The notes beneath the pieces were generated by a model. It had not been told where the DNA came from. It saw only the letters and a program-made list of their open reading frames with translations, and did no database searches. Position numbers and translations under genes: made by a program. Below are positions 1-9,284 of a DNA stretch of 64,000 nt, piece by piece. Origin of the DNA: Halorussus marinus (lineage in GTDB: Archaea > Halobacteriota > Halobacteria > Halobacteriales > Haladaptataceae). Where the stretch lies: NCBI RefSeq assembly GCF_004765795.1, contig NZ_SBIV01000003.1, forward strand, positions 372,001 to 436,000, given 5' to 3'. Position 1 is the stretch's first letter, and each line of letters starts with the position of its first letter.

Positions 1-273
1 TCTTCGAGAAAAGAATCGGTTAGAACGGCACTCAGGGCCGTATGGATAATACAAGTTTGATATAGAAATAATTCTCATAGGAATAGGGTTGGTATCTGAT
101 GAGGACAAAGGAATTTTACAAATGTCCAATTCTGGTCCTCGTGGGGTTGGAACATCAGAGCCATCCCCCGGGGTGTGATATAAACGTAACCCGGCGAGAT
201 GAGATAACGAAATTTGGCTATAGAAGGGGGCGAAGTGCCTCCGCCTTCCCGCCTGACTACGAGCTACTACTGT

Positions 274-948
274 CTAAGCTCCTTCTGAGTTCAATAAGTA
301 ATCTGGATAAAGGTCAGAAGCGAGATTGATGAGATTGTATTCAAGGGATTCAAGGTTCGTCTTAAAGTCATAGAAGGGGCCAGTATCGTCAACACACCAT
401 GCCTTAGTCCAGAAATAGACTGGTTCGCGTAATCGCCTCGTTCCAGACACAAAGAGTTCGTCAGCCCACTTCTGGTACTTTCCTTTTGGTCCTTTGTCTC
501 GACTAACGCTATCGTCCTTGTGATGGCTCAGCACTGCGGCACTGAGTTCACCAATATGATATGCATATCCGTCACCCCAACGAGCAAGCTTCGTATTGTT
601 AGTGCGGATATTTTCGAGATTAGCACTCAAGGTCTGCCCGTCTCGGCCATATTTCCCTGCTTTTCCGAGGTAGCGAGGCACAATACATTCTCCATCAAGA
701 GTGTACATTAGATAGATAAGTCCCTCATATGTATCGTCAGTATCTTTCCAGTCTTGTACGACTTTCCATCCTTCCGTTCGCAGTAACTCTTCCATTTGGC
801 GACTTCGGCGAAGAATAAGGCGGTTATCTCGCCCATACCGTTTTGTCTTTACTTCTCTTTCTTCTTTGGTCTCGAAAAGAGGGACTGGTTGTTCATTCTC
901 TACATTTTCTGCTAACCATTGGTCCCAGACTTCACGCTTTGTCGGCAT
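274..948 (-). CDS. GIY-YIG superfamily nuclease
   Basis: GLIYLM...YLGKA, ARW, YH, LEYNLI, LLN motifs in the canonical GIY-YIG order. Confidence 0.75.
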   Translation of the reverse strand: MPTKREVWDQWLAENVENEQPVPLFETKEEREVKTKRYGRDNRLILRRSRQMEELLRTEGWKVVQDWKDTDDTYEGLIYLMYTLDGECIVPRYLGKAGKYGRDGQTLSANLENIRTNNTKLARWGDGYAYHIGELSAAVLSHHKDDSVSRDKGPKGKYQKWADELFVSGTRRLREPVYFWTKAWCVDDTGPFYDFKTNLESLEYNLINLASDLYPDYLLNSEGA

Positions 949-1169
949 TGATAGTCAACAGTACCCTGAAAGAAAAGTTAGTCATATGTACTTTACCTTT
1001 CCCCCTTTTAGCCTGAATGAGAACTACTACAGTTGGGATAAAGGATTCGTCTTCGATTTTCCTCATCCCACACATATAATTAAACAATAATTATAACAAT
1101 TGAAGAAGTACATGGCTGTATAATCGAATTTCATTAAACCTATGTTAGAGCTTTGCAACAGTGATTCTT

Positions 1170-2465
1170 ATGAGAATCCTTTCCAAAGGCAGTGAATTGC
1201 CTTTTGTTCACGAATCAGTGGGTTGGGATGAGCATGAAAATTTCAAAGATTACGATGTTATTTTTATCAATTTAAAAACCCTAGAACAACATTCGGGGAA
1301 TTACGACCATCCCTACAACGAATCAGAAAATTCCCCAGTTGTCTTTGAAGGCTCCAATATTACGGAATTCGTTAAAACAGGGGGATATATGGTTGTATAC
1401 TTGCCTAATTCGCTAAAAGTAGAAATGGGAGGAACAACCACTAAGCAAAATCAGAATGGAGTGAGTCCAACTACCTTGTCTCCTCGCAGAAAACAGGGTA
1501 CAGAGGATGTTGAACCTTATAGTGAGTATGAACTGTTAGACTGGCTTCCGCTCTCATTAAGGATAAATACGAATGAATCAGGGGATTCCATAGGAGAGGT
1601 TGAGTCAGAGTGGGAGTGGTATTTTGGAAACCGGTTTAGCTGGGAGAAAACTGGTTTCAAATCTGATAGTAATAGCTACTCAATAAAATCAATTGCTGAG
1701 AATTCCTACTCAAAAAATATAGCTGGTAAAGCTTTGTACGATTATGGCTCATCAGAAGGCTATATCTCTCTAATACCCCCGGATGATGGGATTGCATATT
1801 CTGAATTCGTGAAAAATACTCTTCAAAAGGTATTTGATATAGATTTAAATATAGAAGGTCGTGCCCCACCGTCGTGGTTATCAGATTATACTGTTCCCAA
1901 TGAAGAGTGCATAGAAGAAGAGATTGAAGAAAAGAAAGAGCAAATAAATGAGTTACAAGAAGAATTAGAATCCATAACTAGATTCAAGGATTTATTGTAT
2001 GAGATAGGTGACCCACTCGAAGAAATCACGAGAGAGGCCTTGCGAAAAGTTGGATTCAAAGTTGAGGATGAAATTCCGGGAAAACGAGATGGTATTCTTC
2101 AAACTTCTAATACTAGTTTCGCTCTTGAAATAACGGGGACAACGGGAGGTGTAAAACTAAGCAAGTGTAGACAGTTGGATGAGTGGGTAGAAAATGTGAC
2201 TGCCGAATCCCCAGAAAAAGATGTGTCAGGTTTACTAATAGTGAACCCGGAAATGGATATCCCACCAGAAGAGCGCGATATCAGCATAGAGCCAAACGTA
2301 GAGAGTTACATGAAGCAAAGAGGGGATTACAAGATACTCACAACTATTGACCTGTATGGGCTTGTGAAGGATAGCATAGATGGTAATCTCGATAGAGAGG
2401 ATATCAGGGGGATTTTCTGTCAAGAGGATACATTGATTTCAACCCCTGAGAAAACAGACGACTAA
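1170..2465 (+). CDS. Coiled-coil plus C-terminal PD-(D/E)XK restriction-endonuclease-like protein
   Basis: Acidic coiled coil (EEEIEEKKEQINELQEELE), then LEEITREAL..GF..RDGIL..ALEITG..QLDEW; ATG 1170 preferred to GTG 1161. Confidence 0.6.
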   Translation: MRILSKGSELPFVHESVGWDEHENFKDYDVIFINLKTLEQHSGNYDHPYNESENSPVVFEGSNITEFVKTGGYMVVYLPNSLKVEMGGTTTKQNQNGVSPTTLSPRRKQGTEDVEPYSEYELLDWLPLSLRINTNESGDSIGEVESEWEWYFGNRFSWEKTGFKSDSNSYSIKSIAENSYSKNIAGKALYDYGSSEGYISLIPPDDGIAYSEFVKNTLQKVFDIDLNIEGRAPPSWLSDYTVPNEECIEEEIEEKKEQINELQEELESITRFKDLLYEIGDPLEEITREALRKVGFKVEDEIPGKRDGILQTSNTSFALEITGTTGGVKLSKCRQLDEWVENVTAESPEKDVSGLLIVNPEMDIPPEERDISIEPNVESYMKQRGDYKILTTIDLYGLVKDSIDGNLDREDIRGIFCQEDTLISTPEKTDD

Positions 2466-2526
2466 CATTTTGAGATAGCTAAAAAAGGAAGATGTTGTTA
2501 CACTATTTTTAGACTATTAGAAATGT

Positions 2527-3648
2527 TTATCCCATCCTATCAAGTGCATTTCGTCGGTCTTCAACTGGGGTCTGGTCGTACCTCATTGTCGTTTCGGGAC
2601 TCTTATGACGTAATTGAGCTTGGGCTGCAGACAAATCCTGTTCCTTGGTCATATATGTGCCAACAGAGTGTCTAATTGCGTACCAGCTCATTTTTCGGTT
2701 TTCAGTAGGAATATCTGCGATTTCACAGAGTCTCTGTAGTACGTAGATGAGTGACTGAGAGGTGTAGGAATTACCCTCTCTCGTTAACCAGAGAGCGTCT
2801 GTCTCCGCATATTCCTCATACATAGAGCGTTCCTCCAACCACTGCTCCAACGCCGTAGCAGTGCGCTCAGTAATTCCTACAATCCAGTTATCTCTGTTCT
2901 TCGAAGACTCCTCCTTCGGGATACGGAGTACAGAATTCTCAACATCAACCCACTGTACCGTAGCTCGTCCAACCTCTATCGGTCGTAAGCCAGCATCAAG
3001 ACTCGTCCACACCAAACTGGGGACCTTCCAGCCATTGGCACGGTTCCAATCAGACGGTGTTACCTCCGACTTTGGTTTCTCAAATCGCTGCGCCAAGTGC
3101 GCCTTCCAACTATCCCGTTCCTTTGGGGTAAGGCTATTGTACGCAGGGACAGAACCGTACTCAAGTGCCGCTTCTCGTATCTTCCTGCGTTCTTCAAGCG
3201 TCAGGTAGTCCCGCGCTTGCGTAGCTGACTGAGAGAAGGTATGTTCGGGTTCCCATTCAGCATCTTCTCCGAGTTCGTGCCTTTGCCACTTGAACAGCCT
3301 CTTCAGACACTTTTGGAAGCTTGCCTTGTGGCTGTTGCTGTAGTCCTCTTCGGAGTAAATCAGGTGTTGGATGTACTCGTCTGCATCCTCCGGCGTAACA
3401 CTCGTCGTATACCCTTCCTGCCTGTCCCAATGCCATCTGAAGAACTTGTCCGTCTTCTGGGCCACCTGCCTAACAGTTGCCGGAGCGTAGCCCTCAGCCT
3501 TGTCCGGGTTCTTTCCGAAGTGCAAAAGCCACCTTACGAGGTTAGTTTTGTACTCCTCGTAGTCCACAAACTGCCGGTCATTAAGGACTTCCCGCGTAGG
3601 TGCATTTACCACAGTTATTCCCTCTACCTTCGGAGCTTCCTCACTCAT
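2527..3648 (-). CDS. Tyrosine recombinase/integrase (haloarchaeal tRNA-targeting type)
   Basis: GLRPIE (R), SK, AIRH, LRH, MRY catalytic motifs; next to tRNA; start could be TTG 3675. Confidence 0.92.
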   Translation of the reverse strand: MSEEAPKVEGITVVNAPTREVLNDRQFVDYEEYKTNLVRWLLHFGKNPDKAEGYAPATVRQVAQKTDKFFRWHWDRQEGYTTSVTPEDADEYIQHLIYSEEDYSNSHKASFQKCLKRLFKWQRHELGEDAEWEPEHTFSQSATQARDYLTLEERRKIREAALEYGSVPAYNSLTPKERDSWKAHLAQRFEKPKSEVTPSDWNRANGWKVPSLVWTSLDAGLRPIEVGRATVQWVDVENSVLRIPKEESSKNRDNWIVGITERTATALEQWLEERSMYEEYAETDALWLTREGNSYTSQSLIYVLQRLCEIADIPTENRKMSWYAIRHSVGTYMTKEQDLSAAQAQLRHKSPETTMRYDQTPVEDRRNALDRMG

Positions 3649-3821
3649 GGCTACGCCCTCCGTCGATTCTCCCAACTATTGTTTGTAATGAGCCTGACCA
3701 CTTCCAAAACCGCGGTACTGCGTAGGGGTACGAAATTGAACCCACTACATTAGCTCTGGTTCCCATGTTTCGTTCACTTCCTACGGAACCAGAAAACTGC
3801 AAGACGTAACGCCGAAGGCGA

Positions 3822-3892
3822 TGCGCCGACCGGGAATTGAACCCGGGCTATGAGCTTGGGAAGCTCATGTCCTACCACTAGACCACCGGCGC
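3822..3892 (-). tRNA. tRNA-Gly (CCC)
   Basis: GCGCCGG acceptor stem, TGAGC-TTCCCAA-GCTCA anticodon arm, GGTTCAATTCC T arm. Confidence 0.97.
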
Positions 3893-4011
3893 TCACTCGA
3901 CACTTTCCGCCTACCGCCACTTCAACGTAGCGCTTCCGGACCGACCGTACGTTCGTCCAGAAATATCGCCTCGTCCGCGGCTTTTAGTCGTCGCCGCCCC
4001 TATCGGCGCCC

Positions 4012-4809
4012 ATGATCGACCTGCGATTCTCCGAATCGGAGCTCCAAGCCCGCCGCGATCACATCGTCCAGTTCGTCCGCGACACCGTCGACGCGGCCGG
4101 CACCGACCGGGCCGTCCTCGGGCTGTCGGGCGGCATCGACAGCACGCTCACCGCCCACCTCGCGGTCGAGGCGCTCGGCGCCGAGAACCTCCACGGGCTG
4201 GTCATGCCCGGGGCGGTCAGCCGCGACGACAACATGAGCGACGCCGAGTGGGTCGCCCGGGAGCTCGACGTCGCCTACGACGTGTTCGAGATCAACCCCA
4301 TCGTCGACGAGTTCCTCGACACCTACCCCGAGGCCGAGGGCGATCAGGTCGCGGTCGGCAACGCCCGGGCCCGGACCCGCGCGGTGCTCAACTACCTCGT
4401 CGCCAACCACGAGGACGCGGTCGTGCTCGGCACCGGCAACCGGAGCGAGGCGCTGGTGGGCTACTTCACCAAGTACGGCGACGGCGCGGTCGACTGCCAC
4501 CCGATCGGCAACCTCTACAAACAGCAGGTCCGCCAGCTCGCGAGCCACGTCGGCGTGCCCGACGAGCTCGTCGAGAAGCCCGCGACCGCCGGCCTCTGGG
4601 CGGGCCAGACCGACGAGGCCGAACTCGGCCTCGACTACGAGACCCTCGACGCCATCCTCGCGCTCCACGTCGACGGGCCGCTGTCGGAGGCGGCGCTCGT
4701 CCGCGAGATCGAGGGCGTGACCGAAGCGCAGGTCCGGACGGTCCGGGAGAAGTACGAGCGAAGCGCCCACAAGCGCCGGGTGCCGCCGTCGCCCGAGCCG
4801 CTCGACTGA
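4012..4809 (+). CDS. nadE: NH3-dependent NAD+ synthetase
   Basis: LGLSGGIDS, GTGNRSE, GYFTKYGDG motifs. Confidence 0.95.
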   Translation: MIDLRFSESELQARRDHIVQFVRDTVDAAGTDRAVLGLSGGIDSTLTAHLAVEALGAENLHGLVMPGAVSRDDNMSDAEWVARELDVAYDVFEINPIVDEFLDTYPEAEGDQVAVGNARARTRAVLNYLVANHEDAVVLGTGNRSEALVGYFTKYGDGAVDCHPIGNLYKQQVRQLASHVGVPDELVEKPATAGLWAGQTDEAELGLDYETLDAILALHVDGPLSEAALVREIEGVTEAQVRTVREKYERSAHKRRVPPSPEPLD

Positions 4810-4834
4810 CCCCGGCGCTCGTCCCGTCGGTCGA

Positions 4835-5458
4835 TCACTCGCCGCTCTCGGCCACGATGCGGATCGAATCGCCTTCTTCGAGGACGTAGCTCTCCGGGTC
4901 GACCGGCTCGCCGTCGACCTCGACGGCGACCGTCGCGTCCTCGCCGTCGCGGTAGGTGGTCCCGTCGTAGGTCACGCTCTCGTCGGTCACCTCGATGCCG
5001 AGCGACGCCATCGCCCACCCCAGCGTGACCTCCCGGGCGTGGCCGTGCCACCGCTGGCCGTTGCCGTTCTCGAAGTGGAAGGCGTCGGCCCGGAGCTGGA
5101 ACCGGTCGCGGCTGAAGTCGAGGCGCTCGCCGCCGATCTCGACCTGTATCTGGCCGTGGTAGTGGGCGCTCCCGATTCCGGTCGGCGTCGTCTCCGCGCT
5201 CGCCGCGTCCGCGCCGCCGGGAGCGCCCCCGCTCGCGCCCGAGAAAAACAGCAGGTACGCAAGCAGTCCGGCGATTACGACCGCCCCGATTGCGCCGGCG
5301 TAGGCCGCGACGCTGGGGCCCTCGTCGGAGTCGAGCCCGGCGACCCGGCGGACTTCGATCGCGCTGAGGTCGTCGCCGTGTTCGCTTTCGAGGTGTCTGA
5401 GATACGTCTCCTCGTCGTCGAACCCCTTCCCGCAGTGGTCACACTCCTCGACGCTCAT
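4835..5458 (-). CDS. C2H2 zinc-finger membrane-anchored protein
   Basis: CDHC...HLESEH, one TM helix, C-terminal domain with His residues. Confidence 0.7.
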   Translation of the reverse strand: MSVEECDHCGKGFDDEETYLRHLESEHGDDLSAIEVRRVAGLDSDEGPSVAAYAGAIGAVVIAGLLAYLLFFSGASGGAPGGADAASAETTPTGIGSAHYHGQIQVEIGGERLDFSRDRFQLRADAFHFENGNGQRWHGHAREVTLGWAMASLGIEVTDESVTYDGTTYRDGEDATVAVEVDGEPVDPESYVLEEGDSIRIVAESGE

Positions 5459-5564
5459 GCCCCAACGCTAGGCGTCCGGGCGTTTTAGTCTTCGTCTTAC
5501 GGACAGTTCGGGGGCGGAGAGCTCGACTCGTCTTCCGGCAGTCGGTCGCCGCGCCCGCCGACCG

Positions 5565-6257
5565 TCACCCCTCGGTTCCGGCGTCGGCGCGTCTGGCGGC
5601 GAGTCGGCCGAACGCCGCGGCCTCACGACGCCGCTGGTCGCTCGCGGGAGCGTCGTCGCGCACGCGCTCTTTGACGACGCCGACCGCCTCGGCGTCGTGG
5701 GCGGCCACCTCGTCGGCGACCGCGCGGGGTTCGTCGGTCACTCGCGAGACGAGCCCCATCCGGAGCGCCGCCTCGGCGTCGACGGTCCGCCCGGAGAGCG
5801 CGAGATCGAGCGCCTCGCCCTCCCCGACGATCCGCGGCAGGCGGACGGTTCCGCCCCACGCGCCGAACAGCCCGAGTGCGACGCCGGGCTCGGCGAACGT
5901 CGCCGCCGGGGTCGCGACCCGGATGTCGGCCGCGAGCGCGAGTTCGACCCCGCCGCCCCGGGCCGGGCCGTCGACGCCGGCGACGACGACGGCGTCGGCC
6001 GCCTCGATCGCGTCGGCGACGCGCTGGCCTCGTTGGGCGAACGCCTCGGCGGCCTCCCGATCGAGTCCCTCGACGACGTCGAGGTCCGCGCCGGCGCAGA
6101 ACGCCGACCCGGCTCCCCGGAGGTACACCACCGGTCGGTCGGCCCCGGTCACGGCGGCTTCGAGCGCGTCGAGCCCCTCTCTGGTGAGCGCGTTCCGGCG
6201 CTCGGGGCGGTCGACGGTGACGGTTCTGACCCGGTCTCCGTCCTCGATTCGGATCAC
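5565..6257 (-). CDS. Enoyl-CoA hydratase/isomerase family protein
   Basis: RPERRNAL, AFCAGADL, GGGVELALAADIR. Confidence 0.9.
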   Translation of the reverse strand: MIRIEDGDRVRTVTVDRPERRNALTREGLDALEAAVTGADRPVVYLRGAGSAFCAGADLDVVEGLDREAAEAFAQRGQRVADAIEAADAVVVAGVDGPARGGGVELALAADIRVATPAATFAEPGVALGLFGAWGGTVRLPRIVGEGEALDLALSGRTVDAEAALRMGLVSRVTDEPRAVADEVAAHDAEAVGVVKERVRDDAPASDQRRREAAAFGRLAARRADAGTEG

Positions 6258-6317
6258 GTTCGTCCCTCGGAGTCGGTTTCCAAAGGTCTTTGGCGGTGCC
6301 GTCGCTAGGATCGCCTA

Positions 6318-6986
6318 ATGGATGCGGCCGTCAGGGCACGAAAGGCGGGACGACGAGCGGTACGGGACGTCACGCCCGGTCCCCTCCGCGAACGAATTCA
6401 CTCGCTGCTGGACGACTCGGCGATGGTGCCGGGCGTGCTCACCCTCGCGTCTGCACGCGCCGTCGAGGCCGCCGACGCCGGCGCCAGCGGCGTCGAGGAC
6501 CGGGCCGCCGGCGTCCAGCTCATCTACGAGGGGCTCGGGCTCACGCGAGCGCTCGCCGACGAGTCGCCGTGGGACCGCGAGCCGCCCTACACCGACAGCA
6601 ACATCGACATCATCGCGGCCGACGTGATGGTCGCTCGGGGCTTCTCGTTGCTCGCGCACACCGAAGCCGCCGACAAGGCGGTCGAGACGGTCGAATCGTT
6701 CGGCCGCGACCAGACCGAGGGCCAACAGGGCCGCGAGTCGCCGCCCCACGCCCTGGAGGCCGACGTGTTCGAACTCGCGGTGCTCGCGGGGACGACCACG
6801 TTCGGCGTCGACCCCTCCGACTCGCTGCGGTCGTACGCCGGGGAACTGGCGGCCGCCGTCGGCGAGGACGGTCCGCAACCGCCCGAGACCCTCCCCGAGG
6901 AGGTCGCCAAGGCGATGGCCGACGTGCCGACCCCCCGGAAGTTCGACGGGGCCGACGAGGCCCACCCGTCGGCGACCGATCCCTAG
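6318..6986 (+). CDS. Conserved haloarchaeal protein with degenerate isoprenoid-synthase-like fold
   Basis: AAGVQLIYEG and IIAADVMVARGF resemble prenyltransferase helices but lack DDxxD. Confidence 0.6.
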   Translation: MDAAVRARKAGRRAVRDVTPGPLRERIHSLLDDSAMVPGVLTLASARAVEAADAGASGVEDRAAGVQLIYEGLGLTRALADESPWDREPPYTDSNIDIIAADVMVARGFSLLAHTEAADKAVETVESFGRDQTEGQQGRESPPHALEADVFELAVLAGTTTFGVDPSDSLRSYAGELAAAVGEDGPQPPETLPEEVAKAMADVPTPRKFDGADEAHPSATDP

Positions 6987-7041
6987 TGCGAATCGAAACG
7001 CCTAAAGAGGGTTCCGGGCTTATCGTAGAATGCGTTCGAGC

Positions 7042-7113
7042 GCCTGGGTAGCTTAGAGGTAAAGCGCGTCCTTGGTAAGGACGAGAGCCCGGGTTCAAAT
7101 CCCGGCCTAGGCT
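7042..7113 (+). tRNA. tRNA-Thr (GGT)
   Basis: CGTCC-TTGGTAA-GGACG anticodon arm, GGTTCAAATCC T arm, GCCTGGG/CCTAGGC acceptor stem. Confidence 0.97.
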
Positions 7114-7729
7114 TCTCCCGTTCTGGCGACGACCTCGTAGGCGCCCGTTGCTCTGGCTCTCAAACGATCCACGACACTAGCCGTGCTGAACGCAGGGCAC
7201 ATTTCAGTCCCTGCACCGTGCGGAAAACGCATTTAGTAGAACTCTGGCAAGATCGATCTGACCCGTCCCGAGACGCCGTCTATTCGACCAGACCGGTCGC
7301 CGCCCGTATTCACGGTGCTCTGGCGCTCACACGCCCGTTCTGCACAGCGAACTTCCGAGAGATCCGGATTATCGGCCCCGTCGAAACCCGATCGTAGGAA
7401 CATGTGTATCGTGACCTCGAGTAGGATCTGAGGATGGCGAACACCGCCGGTGTACGCCACCACTGTTCGGAACCGCCGTACTCCTCGTGAGCGGGGTCGT
7501 TCTCGTCCACGGCGCGGTCCGGTACGGGCGAGACTACGGACCGAACACCGGTTTCGTCCGACTCGAATTGCTCGTCGGTCTCGTCACCTGCGCGTTCGGT
7601 CTCTTGCCGGGGACCTCCTCGACGCGAGACGGGCCGGCTAGGTAGGGGCCCGACGAAGCCTGAGTATTACGATCTCGTCGAATCGGCATAACACAACGTA
7701 GTTATCGAAGACTCGTCAACCCGGGCCCC

Positions 7730-8941
7730 GTGAACGTTCCTTTCGGGATTTCTGGACGGAGAACCGTCCTCAAATACTACCTCTACAAGTCGACCAAAGC
7801 GGTCGAGTTTTACCGGCCGATCATGTACCTCTTTTTCCTGGCGCAGGGACTCAGCTTCACCCAGATCGCGATCCTGGAGGCGCTGTACAACGTGACGACG
7901 CTGGTCGGTGAGATTCCGACCGGCTACGTCGGTGACCGAATCGGCCGCCGGAACAGCCTGCTCGTCGGCACCGTACTGATCGCCGTCACGTTGCTGGGTA
8001 TCGGCCTCTCCGAGTCGTTCCTCGCGCTGGCGGTCCTCTACGTCTGCTGGTCGATGGGGTACAATTTCCGGTCGGGAAGCGAGGACGCGTGGCTCTACGA
8101 CACCCTCACCGACGACCTCTCGGAGAGCGAGTTCGCCCACGTTCGCGGGCGAGGCGAGTCTGCGTCCCTCGCCGTCGGCGCTGTCGCGGCGATCACTGGC
8201 GGGTACCTCGGAAGCATCGACCTCTCGTATCCGTGGTTCGTGGCCGCCGCCGTTACCGGACTCGGTGCCGTCGTTGTTCTCACCCTCGGCGAACCCGAGA
8301 GCTACAGGGAAACCGACGCCGACGACCTGAGCCTCCGCAGGACCGTTGGAATCGTCAGAGACGCCCTCTCGAGCCGGAATCTCCGATCGTTCATCCTCTA
8401 CTACTACGTCCTCTACGCGGCGGTCACGTACCTCGTGTTCGTCTTCGTTCAGCCGATCTTCGAGACGGTCGTCGTGAGCGTCGGCGTGTCAGAATCGCAG
8501 GTAGAGTCGCTTTTGGGGTGGTTTTACGCGGGGTACAGTCTCGTCGGAGCGGTGATCAGTTACTACACCGGCGCGATTAAGGAGACGATCGGCGTCCGGT
8601 CGTGGTTCCTGATACTGCCGTTCGTCGTCGGAACGGCCCTCGTCGGGATGTACTTCGTTCCGATCCTCGCACTCCCGACGTTCCTGGTCGCCCGTGGGCT
8701 CTCGGACGTGACGCGATCGTTCGCCGGCCAATACGTCAACGATCGTATCGAGACGCTCGGACGGGCGACCGTCCTCAGCTCGATGGCGATGGTCAGTGGC
8801 TTGGCGGTCGTTCCGTTCCAACTCGGGAGCGGTGTGATCTCCGATCGTGTGTCGCCGCTGTTCGCCTTGGCGGTCGCCGGAGGCGTCCTCGTCGTGGGGT
8901 CTGGCGCGATCCTCGTCTGGGAAATCCCGGTGTCTGAGTGA
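7730..8941 (+). CDS. MFS transporter
   Basis: About 12 hydrophobic segments; EIPTGYVGDRIGRRNSL motif A. Confidence 0.9.
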   Translation: MNVPFGISGRRTVLKYYLYKSTKAVEFYRPIMYLFFLAQGLSFTQIAILEALYNVTTLVGEIPTGYVGDRIGRRNSLLVGTVLIAVTLLGIGLSESFLALAVLYVCWSMGYNFRSGSEDAWLYDTLTDDLSESEFAHVRGRGESASLAVGAVAAITGGYLGSIDLSYPWFVAAAVTGLGAVVVLTLGEPESYRETDADDLSLRRTVGIVRDALSSRNLRSFILYYYVLYAAVTYLVFVFVQPIFETVVVSVGVSESQVESLLGWFYAGYSLVGAVISYYTGAIKETIGVRSWFLILPFVVGTALVGMYFVPILALPTFLVARGLSDVTRSFAGQYVNDRIETLGRATVLSSMAMVSGLAVVPFQLGSGVISDRVSPLFALAVAGGVLVVGSGAILVWEIPVSE

Positions 8942-9284
8942 ACGCTACGCTCTCTGGCCCGACGGCTCCGGAGTCTCGGTGGACGGTGAGCGTCCACTCG
9001 GAGCGTCCGATTTCGCCGAACGTTCACCACGAGTCGTCGCGATGCCGACTCTGCGCGCTGTCTTCGGTGTGTCGTTTCTCTCGGTCGCCGAGGTGGTCTC
9101 GAGCGCGACGAACGCGCATCCCGACCCGGCCCGATGGGCGTCCCGCGCGACCGAACACGCTCGCGCCCCGCCCGAGCGCCGCCGGTCGTGCTCGGCCTTC
9201 AAACGGCCCGTTCCGCGTAGCTATCACGCCAGCCCGCCGAGAAACCACCGTCTTTTTGCCGATCTGCGCGCTACGGATCGACGT

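Larger units (their letters stand above)
1..3844. mobile_element. Integrative element/genomic island inserted at the 3' end of tRNA-Gly(CCC); continues beyond left window edge
   Basis: Abrupt shift to AT-richer sequence left of the tRNA; tyrosine integrase adjacent to the tRNA 3' end; nuclease cargo. Second att site not in window. Confidence 0.85.

Noticed and set aside
1..273. ORF 99-329 and possible gene ends at the left edge
   Set aside because: Short, no motifs, overlaps the GIY-YIG gene end; cannot be supported.
7120..7720. Possible island or small gene after tRNA-Thr (ORF 7310-7510)
   Set aside because: No integrase, no tRNA 3' repeat and no recognisable protein; at most a decayed remnant.
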